The translations under genes and the position numbers were made by a program. A stretch of DNA of 64,000 bases, from contig JACPDA010000004.1 of the NCBI GenBank assembly GCA_016184225.1, forward strand, positions 134,800 through 198,799, given 5' to 3'. Of the stretch, positions 63,384 through 64,000 are shown in pieces; positions within the stretch are counted from its first letter, which is position 1, and the number at the start of each line of letters is the position of its first letter. Under the pieces are notes generated by a model. It was not told the DNA's origin, made no database searches, and worked only from the letters and a program-made list of their open reading frames with translations. The stretch comes from Candidatus Daviesbacteria bacterium. GTDB taxonomy: Bacteria; Patescibacteriota; Microgenomatia; Daviesbacterales; UBA10151.

Positions 63384-64000
63384 ATGGTCAAAAATTTATT
63401 TTCTCTCCTTTATTCAAGGCAAACATCAATCTTATCCGCAGCTTCGATAATAATGGCCACTATGATGTTATCCAAGGTTTTAGGTTTGGTCCGCGACCGC
63501 CTGCTTGCCCATGTCTTCTCGCCGGATCTAATCGATATTTTTTGGGCAGCATTTAGGTTACCGGACTTTATTTTTCAAATCATCATTCTAGGTGCGCTGT
63601 CTGTTGCATTTATTCCCGTTTTTACAGAACACCTTGAAGATAAAGGGAAAGAGAATGCCTTTGAGATGGCAAGAGCAGTTTTGGGTGTATTTTTTTCCGG
63701 ATTTATCTTAACAACAATTTTAATTTACGTTTTTGCGGAGCCAATTATTTCTAATTTTATAGCTCCGGGTTTTACCTCGGTCAGACAACTACAAGTTGTG
63801 GAATTAACAAGAGTGATTCTCTTTGGTCAGGTGATATTGGTTATAGGATCATTTTTTATCGGCATTTCACAATCGTTTCAGCGGTTTATTATCCCGTCTT
63901 TGTCACCGGTGTTTTATAACTTGGGGATGATTTTGGGAATTGTCTTTTTGTCCAAATATTTTGGTATTGTGGGTGCAGGCTATGGTGTTGTAATAGGCGC
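63384..64000 (+). CDS. murJ: Lipid II flippase MurJ (MviN), N-terminal part; continues past the window end
   Basis: N-terminus SKVLGLVRDRLLAHVFSPDLIDIFWAAFRLPDFIFQ matches the MurJ consensus. ORF is open at the window edge. Confidence 0.8.
   Translation, partial: MVKNLFSLLYSRQTSILSAASIIMATMMLSKVLGLVRDRLLAHVFSPDLIDIFWAAFRLPDFIFQIIILGALSVAFIPVFTEHLEDKGKENAFEMARAVLGVFFSGFILTTILIYVFAEPIISNFIAPGFTSVRQLQVVELTRVILFGQVILVIGSFFIGISQSFQRFIIPSLSPVFYNLGMILGIVFLSKYFGIVGAGYGVVIG

Noticed and set aside
1-64000. tRNA or rRNA genes
   Set aside because: No T-loop/acceptor-like GGTTCGAATCC..CCA or rRNA-like conserved blocks were spotted by eye. This is not exhaustive; a tRNAscan/Infernal run would settle it.

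Overview
This 64 kb window is AT-rich and densely packed with genes. It looks like a small-genome bacterium, most likely a Candidate Phyla Radiation / Patescibacteria-type organism; the lineage call is inference from gene content and compact style. I found no rRNA, tRNA or CRISPR array by eye.

Gene content is mostly housekeeping and cell envelope:
- Membrane insertion and translation: yidC-jag, rplY, rpsT, valS, metG, tsaD, rnhA.
- Chaperones and central metabolism: groES/groEL, tpiA, ahcY, murB, murJ.
- DNA repair: sbcCD, a UvrD/PcrA helicase.
- Envelope glycan genes: O-antigen-ligase-like, a Wzx-like flippase, UbiA, an MraY/WecA-like transferase, a GT2 with a QxxRW motif, LCP, a FemAB-like protein, M23 and 3D-domain proteins.
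- pilN/pilO-like genes and three putative toxin-antitoxin pairs.

The most unusual feature is a heavy invasion by short structured repeats:
1. A family of hairpin-ended elements with GTCATT...AATGAC termini. One full copy carries a YhbQ-like GIY-YIG nuclease gene. Short ORF-less copies sit in-frame inside valS (twice), murB and uvrD, and exactly fill the pfkB-ahcY gap.
2. Other GC-richer palindromes inserted in-frame in tsaD, murB, pepP, sbcD, metG, a 3D-domain protein and a nucleotidyltransferase.
3. Telomere-like heptamer arrays (TAGGGTN / GGGTACA) and other microsatellites, mostly in coding sequence.

Two classical selfish elements are also present. groEL is interrupted after codon 7 by a 0.7 kb element encoding a Cys-rich HNH-like endonuclease, flanked by 17-18 bp direct repeats, and an extra small membrane ORF sits between groES and groEL. 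Thioredoxin carries a 446-aa LAGLIDADG intein inside its WCGPC active site.
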